From positions 3,720,001 to 3,784,000 of the forward strand of contig NC_043011.1 of the NCBI RefSeq assembly GCF_006345805.1: a DNA stretch of 64,000 nucleotides, in the 5' to 3' direction. Position numbers and translations under genes: made by a program. This stretch comes from Octopus sinensis (Eukaryota). Below the pieces are notes generated by a model, which searched no databases, was not told the origin of the DNA, and worked only from the letters and a program-made list of their open reading frames with translations. Positions within the stretch are counted from its first letter, which is position 1. The number at the start of each line of letters is the position of its first letter. This document shows, in pieces, positions 1-14,040 of the stretch.

Positions 1-229
1 GGATGGTTCGACTGGGGTCTGGGAAGCCAGAAGGCTGCACCAGACCCAGTCTGATCTGGCAGTATTTCTACAGCTGGATGCCCTTCCTAACGCCAACCAC
101 TCCGTGAGTGTAGTGGGTGCTTTTTACGAGGCTGGCAGACGGCCATGATCGGATGGTGCTTTTTACGTGCCACTGGAACGGGGACCAGACGAAGCTGCCA
201 ACGGCCACGGTCGGATGGTGCTTTTTACG

Positions 230-235
<6 letters not shown>
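1..235 (-). mobile_element. 3' end of RTE-type LINE, or RTE-tailed SINE, cut by the window edge
   Basis: Reverse complement of the 3' UTR of the RTE at 62620-62885 (GGATGCCCTTCCTAACGCCAACCACTCCGTGAGTGTAGTGGGTGCTTTTTACG). Confidence 0.8.
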
Positions 236-276
<41 letters not shown>

Positions 277-340
277 TTACACACACACATATATATATAT
301 AATATATATATATATATATTATATATATTTACACACACAC

Positions 341-374
<34 letters not shown>

Positions 375-1045
375 TTACACACACACAATATGTATGTGTG
401 TATGTGTGTATCTATGTATATAAATGTATCAATTCATTTATTTAGTATTAACAACAGAATCAGCTTCACTCAGTGAGCTTCTCAAAGTGCTGTTAAAGTT
501 TTAGAAGAATTAGAAGAATACATCTATAAGTCAGATTATTGCAATACGTTAATTACACAGATGTAAATTAATGACACATAAAATGAGGCTGAGATATTTC
601 AATGAGTGAATCATAACAAGTCGTACATAAGTTAAACTTGATAAAATTAAAGAACAGATTAATGAATAATTTCCAAAACTTTAATGGATGGTTTTCAAAT
701 ATTTAGTGCTGCAGAGATGTGCCGATTATTGAAGTAAGGAGATATAGGAAGAGAAATAACTTGTTTTTTTACTAGGGTATTTAGATATGAGGCTTGTCAA
801 GAGACAGACAGACAGACTGAGAGATGGAGGGAGGGAGAGAGAGAGAAGGGAGACGAACACAAAGGAAAATGAGGAAATATCACTGTGTTTGTAAAGCTGA
901 AATTACCATTGTTATTACTATGTTTATATAATGTCAATTAGTTACAAGTTATGTTAGGTTAAATGTGTAATGAAACAACGGTGGTGTGTGCCTACTTAGG
1001 ATATCTATATATCTGTATATATGAAAATATGGGTGTGTGAGTATG

Positions 1046-1390
1046 AGTTAAGTTAAGTTAAGTTAATTTTTTGGCTCAAAAAGCAAAACGCCAGGCCATG
1101 TAGGGGGACACGGAGTTATGTACAGGGTGGTGTTTATGTAAAGAGTTCAGGCCATTTGTGGTCAAGGGAGACTTTGAACCGAGCGGTTGTCGGCATCTTC
1201 ACCATCTCGTCTGGCAGCTTATTCCACGGATCTGCACCCCGGATGGAGAAAGCCCCTCTCCTTCGATTGAGATGAAATCGTCGCAGATAGAGCTTTCCGG
1301 AATGACCCCGCAGCCGACGCTCTGGAGCACGAGTGAAGAACAGCTCTTTCGAGAGGTTACACTTTCCGCTTATGATGTTGTGAGCAAGAA
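1046..1390 (-). mobile_element. 5'-truncated CR1-type LINE 3' end with (TAACT)n tail
   Basis: Minus strand reads AHNIISGKCNLSKELFFTRAPERRLRGHSGKLYLRRFHLNRRRGAFSIRGADPWNKLP; highly similar to the copy at 18173-18810. Confidence 0.85.
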
Positions 1391-1444
1391 AGATTATATA
1401 TGCATGTGTGAGGGTATACTTATGTCTTCATATATCTCTTTTAC

Positions 1445-1840
1445 TCTCTTTTACTTGTTTCAGTCATTTGACTGCGGCCATGCTGGAGCACCGCCTTTAG
1501 TCGAGTAAATTGACCCCGGGACTTATTCTTTGTAAGCCCAGTACTTATTCTATCGGTCTCTTTTGCCGAACCACTAAGTGACGGGGACGTAAACACACCA
1601 GCATCGGTTGTCAAGCAATGCTAGGGGGACAAACACAGACACACAAACACACACACACATATATATATATATATAAGACAGGCTTCTTTCAGTTTCCGTC
1701 TACCAAATCCACTCACTGAGCATTGGTCGGCCTGGGGCTATAGCAGAAGACATTTGCCCAAGATGTCACGCAGTGGGACTGAACCCGGAACCATGTGGTT
1801 GGTAAGCAAGCTACTTACCACACAGCCACTCCTACGCTCG
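1445..1840 (-). mobile_element. tRNA-derived SINE family A (head, internal CA/TA microsatellite, body ending GAAACAAGTAAAAGA)
   Basis: Head matches the family consensus GGAGTGGCTGTGTGGTAAG...GGTTCCGGGTTCAGTCC (A/B-box-like); many copies in this window. Confidence 0.85.
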
Positions 1841-2292
1841 TTTATATATATATAAACAAAACATAACGTTTTGTATGTCTAAAAGTATGCGTGTGTTCTA
1901 GGGTAGGAAGAGTGGCAATAATCCATGCCTCCTTGACCCTTTAGTCTGGTGTCTTATCTGTAGGACATTCATGAATAGGTATTATTTTTTCTTTAATTTT
2001 CTTTTATCTTTTATGATCATGCTTGATTCTTGACCACTGGCCAGAGCTATGAACTAATGAAGATAGCAGCCTGAAAATAAGTAGTTTTGAATTAGTTGCC
2101 CTCTGTGTTTGTGACCCACTTTCTCTGTAAATTCTGTTGTACTTTCTCAAACTTTTACTTGCTGCACCATGGTTGGCCTTACTTGTTTACATGTTTAAAA
2201 TTTACCTGACAACAGCAGGTTCTTGCCATGATAAAGTGCTGCTGAAAGAGCTGTGGATTTTGAACCGACTTGCCTTCTTCTGATATACTCTC

Positions 2293-2930
2293 TCTTTACT
2301 CTTTTACTTGTTTCAGTCATTTGACTGCGGCCATGCTGGAGCACCACCTTTAGTCGAGCAAATCGACCCCGGGACTTATTCTTTTCGTAAGCCCAGTACT
2401 TATTCTATCGGTCTCTTTTTACCGAACTGCTAAGTGACAAGGACGTAAACACACCAGCATCGGTTGTCAAGCAATGCTAGGGGAACAAACACAGACAGAC
2501 AAACACACACACATACATATATATATATACATATATACGACAGGCTTCTTTCAGTTTCCATCTACCAAATCCACTCACAAGGCATTGGTTGGCCCGGGGC
2601 TATAGCAGAAGACACTTACCCAAGATGCCACGCAGTGGGACTGAACCCGAAACCATGTGGTTGGTTAGCAAGCTACACACCACACAGCCACTCCTGCGCC
2701 TCTTTTATTCTTTTACTGATTTCAGTCTTTTGACAGTGGCCATGCTGGAGCACTGTCTTAAAGGGGTTTTTTTTTTTAGACAAAGAAATTGATCAGGACT
2801 TATTCTTTGTAAGCCTAGTATTTATTCTGTTGATCTCTTTTGCTGAACCGTTAGAATTCAGGGTATGTAAACACACCAGCATTAGATGTCAAGCAATGGT
2901 GGTGGTACAAACATAGATACAAAGACACAC
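2293..2930 (-). mobile_element. SINE family A full copy (2293-2700) plus adjacent partial body (2700-2930)
   Basis: Same head and body as 1445-1840. Confidence 0.8.
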
Positions 2931-2955
2931 ACACATAATTATATATGAATGTGTG

Positions 2956-2987
<32 letters not shown>

Positions 2988-3114
2988 CGTTTAAATATTT
3001 GTTGTGCAAGATTTTTTATGTGAAGCAAAATAACACCAAATATATAGTGCGTGTGTTTTTATTGGCTAAACTGGCAATATGACCATTCCGAATATATATA
3101 TATACATATATATA

Positions 3115-3157
<43 letters not shown>

Positions 3158-3352
3158 ACACGAAGCTTTGTCAGTGAACAGGTCGCGGCCTCAAAGCGAC
3201 AAAAATGTTTTGACACATTAAATTATATGTTGAAGTGAATCTAATGGTTTTGTGTGTTTCTTAAATGGCTTATAAACACCTTCCACCCTGCACTTGTTTT
3301 CATTCCAGCATACGATCTCAGATCAAGTCACTCGCTATGCAAGTACATCTCC

Positions 3353-3394
<42 letters not shown>

Positions 3395-3399
3395 TATAT

Positions 3400-3562
3400 A
3401 CGATGGGCTTCTTTCAGTTTCTGTCTACCAAATCCACTCATGAGGATTTGGTCGACCCAAGGCTATAGTAGAAGAAACTTGCCCAAGGCTCCATGCAGTG
3501 GGACTGAACCTAGAATTATGTAGTTGGGAAGCAAGCTTCTTACCACACAGCCACGCCTACAC
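3400..3562 (-). mobile_element. SINE family A head fragment
   Basis: CTTCTTTCAGTTTCTGTCTACCAAATCCACTC...CTTACCACACAGCCAC. Confidence 0.7.
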
Positions 3563-3569
3563 CTATACA

Positions 3570-4150
3570 AATAGGGTGTGGTGAATAAACTGTTATCTAA
3601 ATTATGCAAAAATGAAAATAACACTGACATCTCATTTTAACAGATATATTTCCCAAAATTATATAAAAATATCTTGAAATACTAAAGAGTAGATTTATTC
3701 AACCACGGCCTTCAGATGACTTGAGAATCTCCTGCAACTCTTTTGGACAGTCTCCTTGTTTAAGTTGATGAATGCTGCCATAGTCGTTGCCTTCATTTCA
3801 TCTTTGGTGTTACAAGGGGTTTTGTTGCTCTCTTGCTCAACTGCACCCCATGCAGAATAATGAAGTGGGGTTGCAGTCTGGAGAGTGAAGTGGCTAAATG
3901 TTAGGGGTGAAGTTATCACAGAAATTGTCTGACAGTCATGACTGGGTTCTCCTGTTTGTGTAGCATGGTGCAGGGTCCTTCCAGCAGCCACTCTTAACCC
4001 AGGGTAGCACTACCTCCTCCAGGCACTTAATGTAGGCCTCTGTGTTGAGACTGAGGCCATGCAGGGAGATGAATGGGAGCATAACATCGCCATCACTAGT
4101 GATCCCTCCAAACACCATGATGTTAACTGGATGTTTGATTTTTATTACTC
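3570..4150 (-). mobile_element. Tc1/mariner transposase remnant (C-terminal catalytic region, maT/mariner-like), degenerate
   Basis: Minus-strand frames MVFGGITSDGDVMLPFI..LNTEAYIKCLEEVVLPW, D-APC motif, degenerate WPPNSPDCNPL, WGAVEQESNKTPCNTKDEMKA; frameshifted; probable TIR remnant near 3570. Confidence 0.75.
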
Positions 4151-4719
4151 TCGATACAAGTCCTCAGATTTTCCTAAAATTTTCGGACTATTGAAAAGGT
4201 TGCAAGACGCAACGAAAATTTTAGGAAATTAAAAATAAGAAATAAGTGGAAATTTTACCGGTGAGTGTGTTACATTATAAGGCACAAAAAGAAAATGACT
4301 CTCCCCAGACACAACAGAATAAAGAAAAGATGTTTTGGGTATTTGGGTTATAAAAGTTTGGTTCTAAGGCTTTGGTGATGAAAATAGTTAAATTATTTAA
4401 GATCAATAATATTTATAATTAGGAATAGTACGGGATTGTATGGAAAATAAAAACTGAAGTTGTAATTTTTATTGAAGAGGATTAACAAAAGGGAATTTTT
4501 TAAATAAAATTAAGTGTTTGTAAAGATTACTGTACATAAAATATCTCATATAAGTCTCAATAAGTATGTGTTATCAAAATTTAAAGCAATGATAACCCTT
4601 AAATACATCATTGGGATACATAATGGTACAAAAAAGTGGGGAAATTATTGGGTTTGTGCATAATTATTGTGGCTTTTTTTCAACAAGTTTTATTCAACAA
4701 ATACAATAACAATATTTAA

Positions 4720-5456
4720 CAAAAACATCTTTAAATGAAGGTCTGTAATCAGAAATCCACTACTTTCAAAAACAAACGTTGCAACGCATTTAGAGTGGAG
4801 TAAAAACCTACAGAATTGGTCTCTAGAGCAGTGGAAGAATGTTATTTTCTTGGACGAGTCGTCCTTTATCTTTTGAGACAGCCAAAGGAAGCATTTGACC
4901 CAGACTGCCTTCTTCCAACCGTTGAACATGGAGGAGGATCTGTGATTATCTGGGGGGATCTATATGTTGGAAATCCACTGGCTCAATGGTTTCCCTTCAT
5001 GGCAGAATTAATAGTCAAGATTATTTAAGCATTTTATCTGATCAAATTCATCCCATTGTGGTGGAACTGTTTCTAGAGGGAAATGCAATCTTTCAGGATG
5101 ATAATGCACCAATTCACACAGCTAAAGCTCTTACTGAAAGGCACTAGGAACATTCTAGTGAAGTTGAACATCTTATCTGGCCACCACAGTCCCCAGATCT
5201 CAATATTATTGAACATTTATGGTACATTTTAGAAAAACAAGTAAGGAGTCAATATCCTCCACCATCATCACTACAAGAACTGGTGACTGTTTTAGCTGCA
5301 GAATGGACAAAATTTCCTTTGAAAACAATTCAAACTTTGTACGAGTCCATACCTTATAGAATTCAAGCTGTAATTACTACCAAAGGCTGTCCTACTCATA
5401 TTAAAATAAATTTGTTTGAAATTTTAAGGTGTTTCCATTATTTTGTCCAACCCCTG
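4720..5456 (+). mobile_element. Tc1-family (DD34E) transposon 3' half with right TIR followed by TA
   Basis: W..VIFLDES, TVEHGGGSVIIWG, FQDDNAPIH, WPPQSPDLNIIEHLW motifs with stops and frameshifts; ends GTGTTTCCATTATTTTGTCCAACCCCTG|TA. Confidence 0.88.
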
Positions 5457-5764
5457 TATATATATAATACCGGAAATGAAGGTCCCTACTTGCATTATGA
5501 TGGCACTCATAAACCACAACCCTGTGATGCTAAGGCAATGGGATGGTAACACATTCACATATGCACATATATACAACAAGCTTCTTTCAGTTTCCATGTA
5601 CCAAATCTGCTTACAAGGTTTTGATTGACTTGGGGAAGGCTTTGGTACAAGACACTTACCTAAACTGCTTCACAGTGGGACTGAATCCAGGACCGTGTGG
5701 TTCGGAAGTAAATTTGTTACCACACAACAGCTATGCCTGTACCCCTTCCCCCTTCTCTCTCACT

Positions 5765-5774
5765 CTGTGTGTGT

Positions 5775-5873
<99 letters not shown>

Positions 5874-5897
5874 TGTGTGTGTGTGTGAGTGTGTGTA
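5765..5897. repeat. (GT)n microsatellite
   Basis: Direct reading. Confidence 0.95.
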
Positions 5898-6000
5898 TGC
5901 ATGCACATTTTGATATTTTGCTTAGGCATTGCAATATTACTAACGTAGTGTTAGAACTCAATATATGTATGCAGAGCATTAGAGGAGTACAGAGCAATAA

Positions 6001-6390
6001 TTAGAAAATGAGATGATAAAGAAATAAACAATTGTCTTCTGAACTTCATTAGCTTACAGCTGTTTCTGCTACAAGATGCAGTGGACTCATAGTTGAATGC
6101 CTGAGTAATACATTATTGCTTCATTGGAGCCTTGAATATGAAATGCAATCTATTTGGGAAAAGAATTTCATTTATGCAAATATATAGACAAAAGCATTAC
6201 CAAGGAGAAAGCAAACACATAGGAGGAGGATGAAGATCAAGGGATTCTCCCATAAATAGAATAAGATTAATCATATAAGATTAATCTCCAGCATTCAACT
6301 ATGAATCCACTGTATCTTATAGCAGAAACAGTTATAAGCTAATGAAGTTCCTAAGATTATCACTTATTCTTTTGTCATCTCATTTTCTTA
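6001..6390. mobile_element. Fold-back element with about 110-bp imperfect inverted arms and HHR-like remnants
   Basis: 6001-6112 is the inverted copy of about 6283-6390; the arms carry GAAACAGCTGTA and GAAACAGTTATA reading outward. Confidence 0.75.
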
Positions 6391-6615
6391 TATGTATATA
6401 CATATATAAATCTAAATCACAATAAATGGATTCAAGTAATCCAGTAGTACTCATAAAAAAAAGCTCCTTAATGTATCATTCTACAAAACATACAATATGT
6501 AGTATGATACATGTTTTTAAGTTACGAAACAATTTGTTATGATATTTGAATTTTCTTATTGTTCAATAACATTTCAGGGAACTATTTCTGTCATTTATGA
6601 CTTCATATATACATA

Positions 6616-6800
6616 CTCTTTTACTCTTTTACTTGTTTCAGTCATTTGACTGCGGCCATGCTGGAGCGCCACCTTTAATTGAGCAACTTGACCCTGGGAC
6701 TTATTCTTTTGTAAGCCCAGTACTTATTCTATCAGTCCTTTTGCCGAACCGCTAAGTAACGGGGACATAAGCACACCAGCATCGGTTGTCAAGCGATGCT
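6616..6800 (-). mobile_element. SINE family A body fragment
   Basis: TTTTACTTGTTTCAGTCATTTGACTGCGGCCATGCTGGAG... Confidence 0.75.
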
Positions 6801-6847
<47 letters not shown>

Positions 6848-9084
6848 GGAATATATTACCAAATATATATGTTTTATTTATTATTTTGTACATTACTTAA
6901 TCATTGGTATATGTTTTTATCTTATATTTAATTTTTTCATTGTTAAATAGATAAAATGTGTTTTTCTAATTTATATATATATATACAGAGATAGGTAGTT
7001 AGGTAGGTAGGTAGGTAGGTAGAGAGAAAGAGAGAGTGAGAAAGTCAGACAGACAGACAGGTAGACAGGCAGGCAGACAGGCAGAGTCAGATAGACAAAA
7101 GTTACCTAAGTGAGATTACCCAAAGCAACCATGCCATGAATTTTGATAATTTAAGGAGTTCTTTGTATATGTATACTTGAATTAGGTATGCAAGAAGTTT
7201 GTAATGAAATGAAATTTATATTGTGTTAGGGAAGAAAATATCAAACTGGTTATTAACAGTGGTTCTTAAAGGGGGGAGGGAATAATTTCAAATCTTTTCA
7301 ATCTTGCTTTGAACAGAAGACAGAATCTGAGGAGTAGACAAAATTACTGTCTTTTTACCTGTTTAATTTGCATAATTACAAAAATAATGATCTAAGGAAA
7401 ATAACTCACAGTGGCCTCATGGTAGGAATCGAAATATTTCATTGAGGTTGAGATGAACTGAAGGTTGTGAACAAAAAAACATTTAAGGAGCTTACATTTT
7501 AGCTGAAGACAAAAAAAATCAAAGGAAAATTCAATTTTCCATGAAATGAATTCGTAGTTTCTAGAAAGTTTTTCCACTTTTCTTGTAGAGTGGTTAACAA
7601 TAGAAATACTGCAAAGTTTTCTTCTTTTCTGCTTAGAGGTAAATTTTGATTAATTAAACAAGAATGAATAATGAATGCACAAAAGATACATAGGATTATA
7701 AGCAAGTAAATAGAAAAGGAGTTTGTTAGTAGCAGATTTACAAGAATTGTTAGATGTAGTAGTTAAATCTTACAAATGCTTAGAGGACTGCCTAGTAAGA
7801 GATGTGTATGATTAGAATAAGGAGATAGGTCAAAATGAAAATAGGAAGAGAAAATGAGAGGAAGAAAGAGAGAGAAAAGAAAAAGAACAAACAGAGAAAT
7901 AAAAATAAAATAAAAAGCGAAAGAGAAAATAGAAATGAGTGAAAAAGTGAAGAAAGGGTGCAACAAGTGAGAAAAAGAATGTTAGTTGGTGGTCAAAATA
8001 ATGTGAGGGAAAGATGGGAGATGAGTGGTGGAGGGGTGATTGGAAGAAATGAGAAGGTAAGGAGTGAATAAGTGTGAGATATGTGAGTAGGGATGATATG
8101 ATAGGGCTGTATTAAGGGATAGGCAGAAAAAAGGTATGGGTGGGGATGATACCAAAGTGAGTAGTAGTTTTAGAGGTAAAATTTAAAGTGGTGGGAAGAA
8201 TACAAGGTTGTCAAATTTTTATAAATAGACGTATGTGATAGGTTAGTGTGATAGGCAGGAATCAAAAGGAGGAAAGAAGAAGGTATAATGACATACGTAC
8301 GCATGCAAACACGTACATATACATGTATCTGTATATGTATGTATGCATAAATATACACATGCACAAACATATATACATATATATAAACATGCATATACAT
8401 ACATATACATACATATAAGTGCACCATAAATGTATTCATACACACATATGCATGTGCATGCATATACACATACATGCATATTCACATACATACATGCTGG
8501 TGCACACGTGCTTACACACAGCCACATGAACGTGTGCATAAAGGTACTTATGTATGCATATATGCACATAATACACTCACTCATATATATTTGTATATGC
8601 ATATACATACACACACATATATACCCACATAGATATACATACATAAAAATACATGCACACATATTTACATATACACATGTATCCGCTTGTATGTCCATAT
8701 ATGTAGTATTAGATGATTGAGATCCTTAAAGTAAGGTAGGGGAGTTAAAAAAATTAAAGATTAAAAATTAAAATGGAGATAAAGGAAAGTTTAGTAGGGT
8801 TGTTGGGGATTACCTAAGGGGTGTTGTGGATATATGGTGTGTGGTTATTTAGGTTGCATTTAAATTTGTGGTAAAATTTGAAGGTATGGAAAAAGCAGTG
8901 GTTGCATGTACTTAGGGCCTCATTATATCTATGGAAGCCCTGAATCTATTATGGACCATGACAAAATGCAGGGAATATTTCTATTTTTGAGATGATGTAT
9001 GTAACTGGTGAATGTTGTGGATTTATTGTGTTTCTTGTATCTAAAAGAATTGAGATGAGCAGCATATTGCTGTTTAAAATTTGG

Positions 9085-9130
9085 ATATCCTCTGATGAAG
9101 GGATATCCATAGTATCTCAGAAAGGTGAGA
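9085..9130 (+). ncRNA. Degenerate HHR remnant with stem III deleted, probably inactive
   Basis: CTGATGA (9092-9098), A, GGGATA/TATCTC stem, A, GAAA (9120-9123); no intact stem III or GUH site. Confidence 0.4.
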
Positions 9131-9599
9131 TATGTATATCTATATATATATAGGTGCAGGCATGGCTATGTGGTAAGAAGCAAGCACATGGTTCTGGATT
9201 CAATCCCACTGCGTGACACCTTGGATGAGTGTTGTCTACTATAGCCTCAGGCTGATCAAAGATTTGGTAGACAGAAACTGAAAGAAGTCTATTGTATATA
9301 TATATATATATATATATAAAATCATTCTAATCAATGTACATTATACAATGGAGATAAAATATATGGTAGAAGTGAATTTTATTTAATTTTTATCTTATTT
9401 CATTTCTAATTATTCTGAATTATCTTTAGTATTCCTTAAATCCTTAAAAATGTTTTAGCCCGAAGGCTGCGGCCATGCGGGGGCACCACTGCTGTATTGT
9501 TTAGTATTGTTTAGTTTAAACACTGGAGTTCATCAATTTGAAAATACATCCCACTAATTCATTTTTTTCCAATGCTCTTTTCTCTTTTTCACCATAATC

Positions 9600-9760
9600 A
9601 TCATCATCATCATCATCGTTTAGCGTCCGCTTTCCATGCTAGCATGGGTTGGACGGTTCAACTGGGGTCTGGGAAGCCAGATGCTGCACCAGGCCCAGTC
9701 TGATCTGGCAATGTTTCCACGGCTGGATACCCTTCCTAACGCCAGGATGCCCTTCCTAAA
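9600..9760 (-). mobile_element. RTE 3'-end copy with (ATC)n tail
   Basis: CATCATCATCGTTTAGCGTCCGCTTTCCATGCTAGCATGGGTTGGACGG, reverse complement of 62830-62885. Confidence 0.8.
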
Positions 9761-10726
9761 CCATAAATCAGGCACCTAACCCTAATTTCTTCTTACTCAA
9801 TCACAATCTCCTATATTTAAAACATTAAATTCAGAAAAAAATTGGGAAAATAGACAAAGATTTCAAAGTTGTAAAAGTGAAGAGGAAGGTGGCTTACAAA
9901 ATAATTTTTAAAAAAGCTGAAACTGGAAGATTTTGTTTTTTTTTTGTTTTTTACAGAATCCCAAGAGAATTTTATAAAAACAAAATGGTAAACTTAAGTG
10001 AATCCAATATAAGCCTCATATAATTTAATTCTCATATAATTTGGATGGGTGTTATTTATATTATATAAAATGGAGGTGGAATCAAATTTGTTCTTATTGT
10101 GTAACTCAGTACAGGTTTTTAAAATGGGTGTTGTTGTTTATATGAAATAAGCACTTACTAAAGTTAAATAAATCCGTGATTTGTTATGACCAACTATTCC
10201 TTTGACAGTGGCACCCAGTACAATAACAATTCAACATCCTGAACTTGTCAAAGAATGTCAGAATTATATGAATTTGAATCCTTAATATTTTAGATTAACT
10301 TGAATAACAACTACGACACTGAAAAATCAAAAATTATATTTAAAATAAGCTACACCAAACGACGGAGTATTTAAAATACAAGCTTTTCTAGAAAGCAAGA
10401 ATTTATGCTGGTAAATTTGTGTTGCTTATAAAGTTCTGCTTACTACAATTTGGTTCATTTCTCATTACTATGATCCCCTCCTTCAGCAAGTTACAACAAA
10501 TTTGCTAACAAGAGTGAGATTGCCAGAAGCTACCAAGTTTATAAACGTATCTGAAAGGTAAATGTAAATTTATTATTATTTTGAAAATAATTCCAACATT
10601 TACAAAAGGAAAAAGAAAAACATTGCCAAATAAGAACATAAAAAAAGATACTAGAAAGAGTCAACAATCTACATAATATACATAAATACATACATACATG
10701 CATGCATATATAAGTATGTATGTATA

Positions 10727-10758
<32 letters not shown>

Positions 10759-10874
10759 AATATATGTATATATTTATCTATCTATATATATATATATATA
10801 TAATATATATATATATATATTATATATATATATATATATGTATATATCTATCTATCTATATATATCTATCTTTC

Positions 10875-10905
<31 letters not shown>

Positions 10906-11310
10906 CGTATATATCTATCTATCTTTATATCTATATATATATATATATATATATATACATACATACATACACATATTCTTTTACTTATTTCAGTCATTAG
11001 ACAGCAGCCATGCTGGGGCACTGCCTTGAAGAATTTTAGTCAAATGAATCAACCATAGGACTTTGCTTATTTTTAAGCTGGGTACTTATTCTATCGGTCT
11101 CTTTTGCTGAACAACTAAGTTATGTGGGCATAAACACCACATGTTAAGCTGGTTGCTTAACATGTGGTGGGGGACAAACACACACACCCACATGCACATA
11201 CACAGTGCCGGTGGCATGTAAAAAGCACCATCCGAACATGGCCGTTGCCAGCCTCACCTAGCACCTATGCCAGTGGCATGTAAAAAGCCTCTACAGTAAG
11301 ACACTTACCT

Positions 11311-12350
11311 CTGGCACGAACCCAAAGCTGCATCTCATCTAAACTGACTCTTTCCCTAATTAGTTGAGCTATGACCCTCTCCGTGATCTTCATTACCTGA
11401 TCCAACAACTTGATACCTCTGTAATTATTTGTGTCTAAAGTATCAGCTTTACCTTTGCAGCAGTTGACTATAGTGCTGCTACATCAGTCATTGGATATGA
11501 CAGCTTCGTGTATCACCTAGTTAACTATACAGGTGACTAGGCTATAGTCAGCACCACCAGATATTTTGAGCATCTCTGCGGTGATTCCCTGTCTTCATAC
11601 TCTTAATTTTGGTTTATCTATCAAGGTACTGTCAATTCGGATAGCTGGTCCCTCTGTTGGGTCGACAATCGGCAGACTCTCTTTTTCCCATTCATTTTCT
11701 TTATTGAGCAACTTTTCGTAGCGGCATCTCCAAACCTCTCTCCTTGCAGCCTTGTTTAGTACAAGTGAACCATCATCCTTGCAGACACATTTCTCTCCTA
11801 CAACATCACGATTCTCTCTCACACACTGTCTTGCAACACGAAATACCTCAAGTCTTTGGTCCTCACAGCACAGAATATTGGCAAATTTTTTCTTATCTGA
11901 TTCCCCTCTGGCTAAATAAACCTGTCTCCTAGCTTACCTTCTGGCAGTCTGATACAATTCCTTCCTACCACCATTCTTCCAGTCCTTCCATGCCTGTTTC
12001 TATTCTCTAATAGCCTGTCAACAACATTGATCCACCACCATGTTATTTTGGGTCAAGGGGGGACTTTGCACCATCCACAAATTTTGTCAGTGGCCCTCAG
12101 CAGGTTGTCCCATAGAAACCTCCATATCGTGTGAAGCTATATTCCCTTCTATTTCATCAAAGGCTTTGAGTAATATGTCTCTAAATCTCTGTCCATTTGC
12201 AAGATCTTTAAGTTTCTAGACCCTTCTCCTCCATGCTGGTCGTCTTCTGGACATCCATTTAGCCCTGGTCCTGAAATTGCTAACTACCTGTCTATGTTGT
12301 GGGGTACATTCTTTGCCTGGGAAGATTTTGGCATTTATAAGCACCCATCT
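11311..12350 (-). mobile_element. RTE LINE fragment: end of APE endonuclease, linker and RT N-terminus, degenerate
   Basis: KIFPGKECTPQHRQVVSNFR, TWWW, VVGEKCV..DDGSL, NYRGIKLLDQVMK; ends at the FVP motif. Confidence 0.85.
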
Positions 12351-12354
12351 TTCC

Positions 12355-12414
<60 letters not shown>

Positions 12415-12827
12415 TTAAGGAATAGAGTAGATAGGATCCAAGCTACATATGTTTCATAGCAAACAGAACCTTAGAAGCAGTAAATATCCACGTACCCGGT
12501 AACCCTGGTTGCCTACTGTGAAATATTAAAAAAATATTTTTAGCTCATCATACTTCAATATGAAAAAATCCACAACCTTCCACATCAGTAAACCACTATT
12601 GTTCCTGGAAGTTTATTTTATATTTACTACAGATTGCTTGAAGCTAACTTTCTTCCTACACCTTGATCCTTGGTTCTTACATTTGTGTGTGTATGTGTAT
12701 GGGTATGTGTGTGTGTGTGTGTGTGTGATAATCACGCTATACATTTGATATTCAAGATATGTAGGAGATTGACCTGTTACATGACAATATTTAGATGATA
12801 GTCGTCAGAATTGTTATGTTATAAAGT

Positions 12828-13207
12828 GGAGGCGCAATGGCCCAGTGGTTAGGGCCGCAGACTCACAGTCGTAGGATCGCGGTTTCGATTCTCAGACCGG
12901 GCATTGTGAGTGTTTATTGAGCGAAAACACCTAAAGCTTCACAAGGCTCCTGCAGGGGGTGGTGGTGAACCCTGCTGTACTCTTTCACCACAACTTTCTC
13001 TCACTCTTTCTTCCTGTTTCTGTTGTACCTGTTTTTGAAAGGGCCAGCCTTGTCACACTCTGTGTCACGCTGAATCTCCTCGAGAACTACATTAAGGGTA
13101 CACGTGTCTGTGGAGTGCTCAGCCACTTGCACGTTAATTCCACGAGCAAGCTGTTCCGTTGATCGGATCAGCTGGGACCCTCATCGTCGGAACCGACGGA
13201 GTGCTCC
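12828..13207 (+). mobile_element. tRNA-derived SINE family D
   Basis: A box TGGCCCAGTGG and B-box-like GGTTTCGATTC; body shared with 20765-21075. Confidence 0.8.
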
Positions 13208-14007
13208 TATATGTTATAAAGGAAAAATTCTCAACAATCTCGAAAGTTATAATCTCAAAATATTTATAAAACACTGTCAAAAGAGTAATTACATATTCAT
13301 TTTCCAATAAACATTACATGGCTTTCACAAACATTAGTAACTCTAGGTGTTGTGCTTTTAGGTCTTCACACACAGGAACCAATGTACAATAATACTCTTG
13401 ACTAGAATCTAACATTTAAACCGGAATATTATTATAACGAAGAAGATCATTAATCAATCAAGATTACATATAAATTTCTAGCAAAAGATCTCAACTGTTT
13501 ATGGTGCTGAGACGAAAACTTTAAAAAATTAATCATGGTGAACTATAAACTGTTGATGTCATTCAGAAATACACGTGGCATTAAAAACAAACTTTTGAAC
13601 TTCTATCGACCTGTAAGTATGGAATTTATTGATAGATTGCTTAAGCAGTTGTCCAGATATTAACGGTTAATGTAAAGGGAATAATTATCTAACATCAGCC
13701 TCTCGCATTATACCTTTTAAAATTCCACCCCATCACCTGTCTGCTCATTTTGGTCTCCTTCTCCCACCCTCTCTGATGTGCTTAAAAAGGATTAAATTTG
13801 CTCCACATCACATCTCCATCATCATCATCGTTTAACGTCCATTTTCCTTGCTAGCATGGGTTGGACGATTTTGACTGAGGGCTGGCAAGCCAGATGGCCA
13901 CACCAGGTTCCAATCTCCATTCAGTATTTAATTAGTTTAGGCTTCAGTTCTTTGCTTTTTTAATTTGCAATGGCTATTGTTGAATGGATGCCCTTATGAT
14001 TAATGTA

Positions 14008-14008
<1 letters not shown>

Positions 14009-14040
<32 letters not shown>

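Noticed and set aside
10380-10557. Possible + strand exons (…KQEFML and QVTTNLLTRVRLPEATKFINVSE) with plausible splice sites
   Set aside because: No recognisable homology, and such splice-like motifs are common in AT-rich DNA; RNA-seq is needed.
11300-11315. GAG|GTAAGT donor at the RTE breakpoint on the minus strand
   Set aside because: AGACACTTACC matches the SINE A head, so it is probably a SINE fragment.
12440-12530. Minus-strand micro-exon reading GNQGYR or QPGLPG (collagen-like)
   Set aside because: Too short, and no supporting exons.
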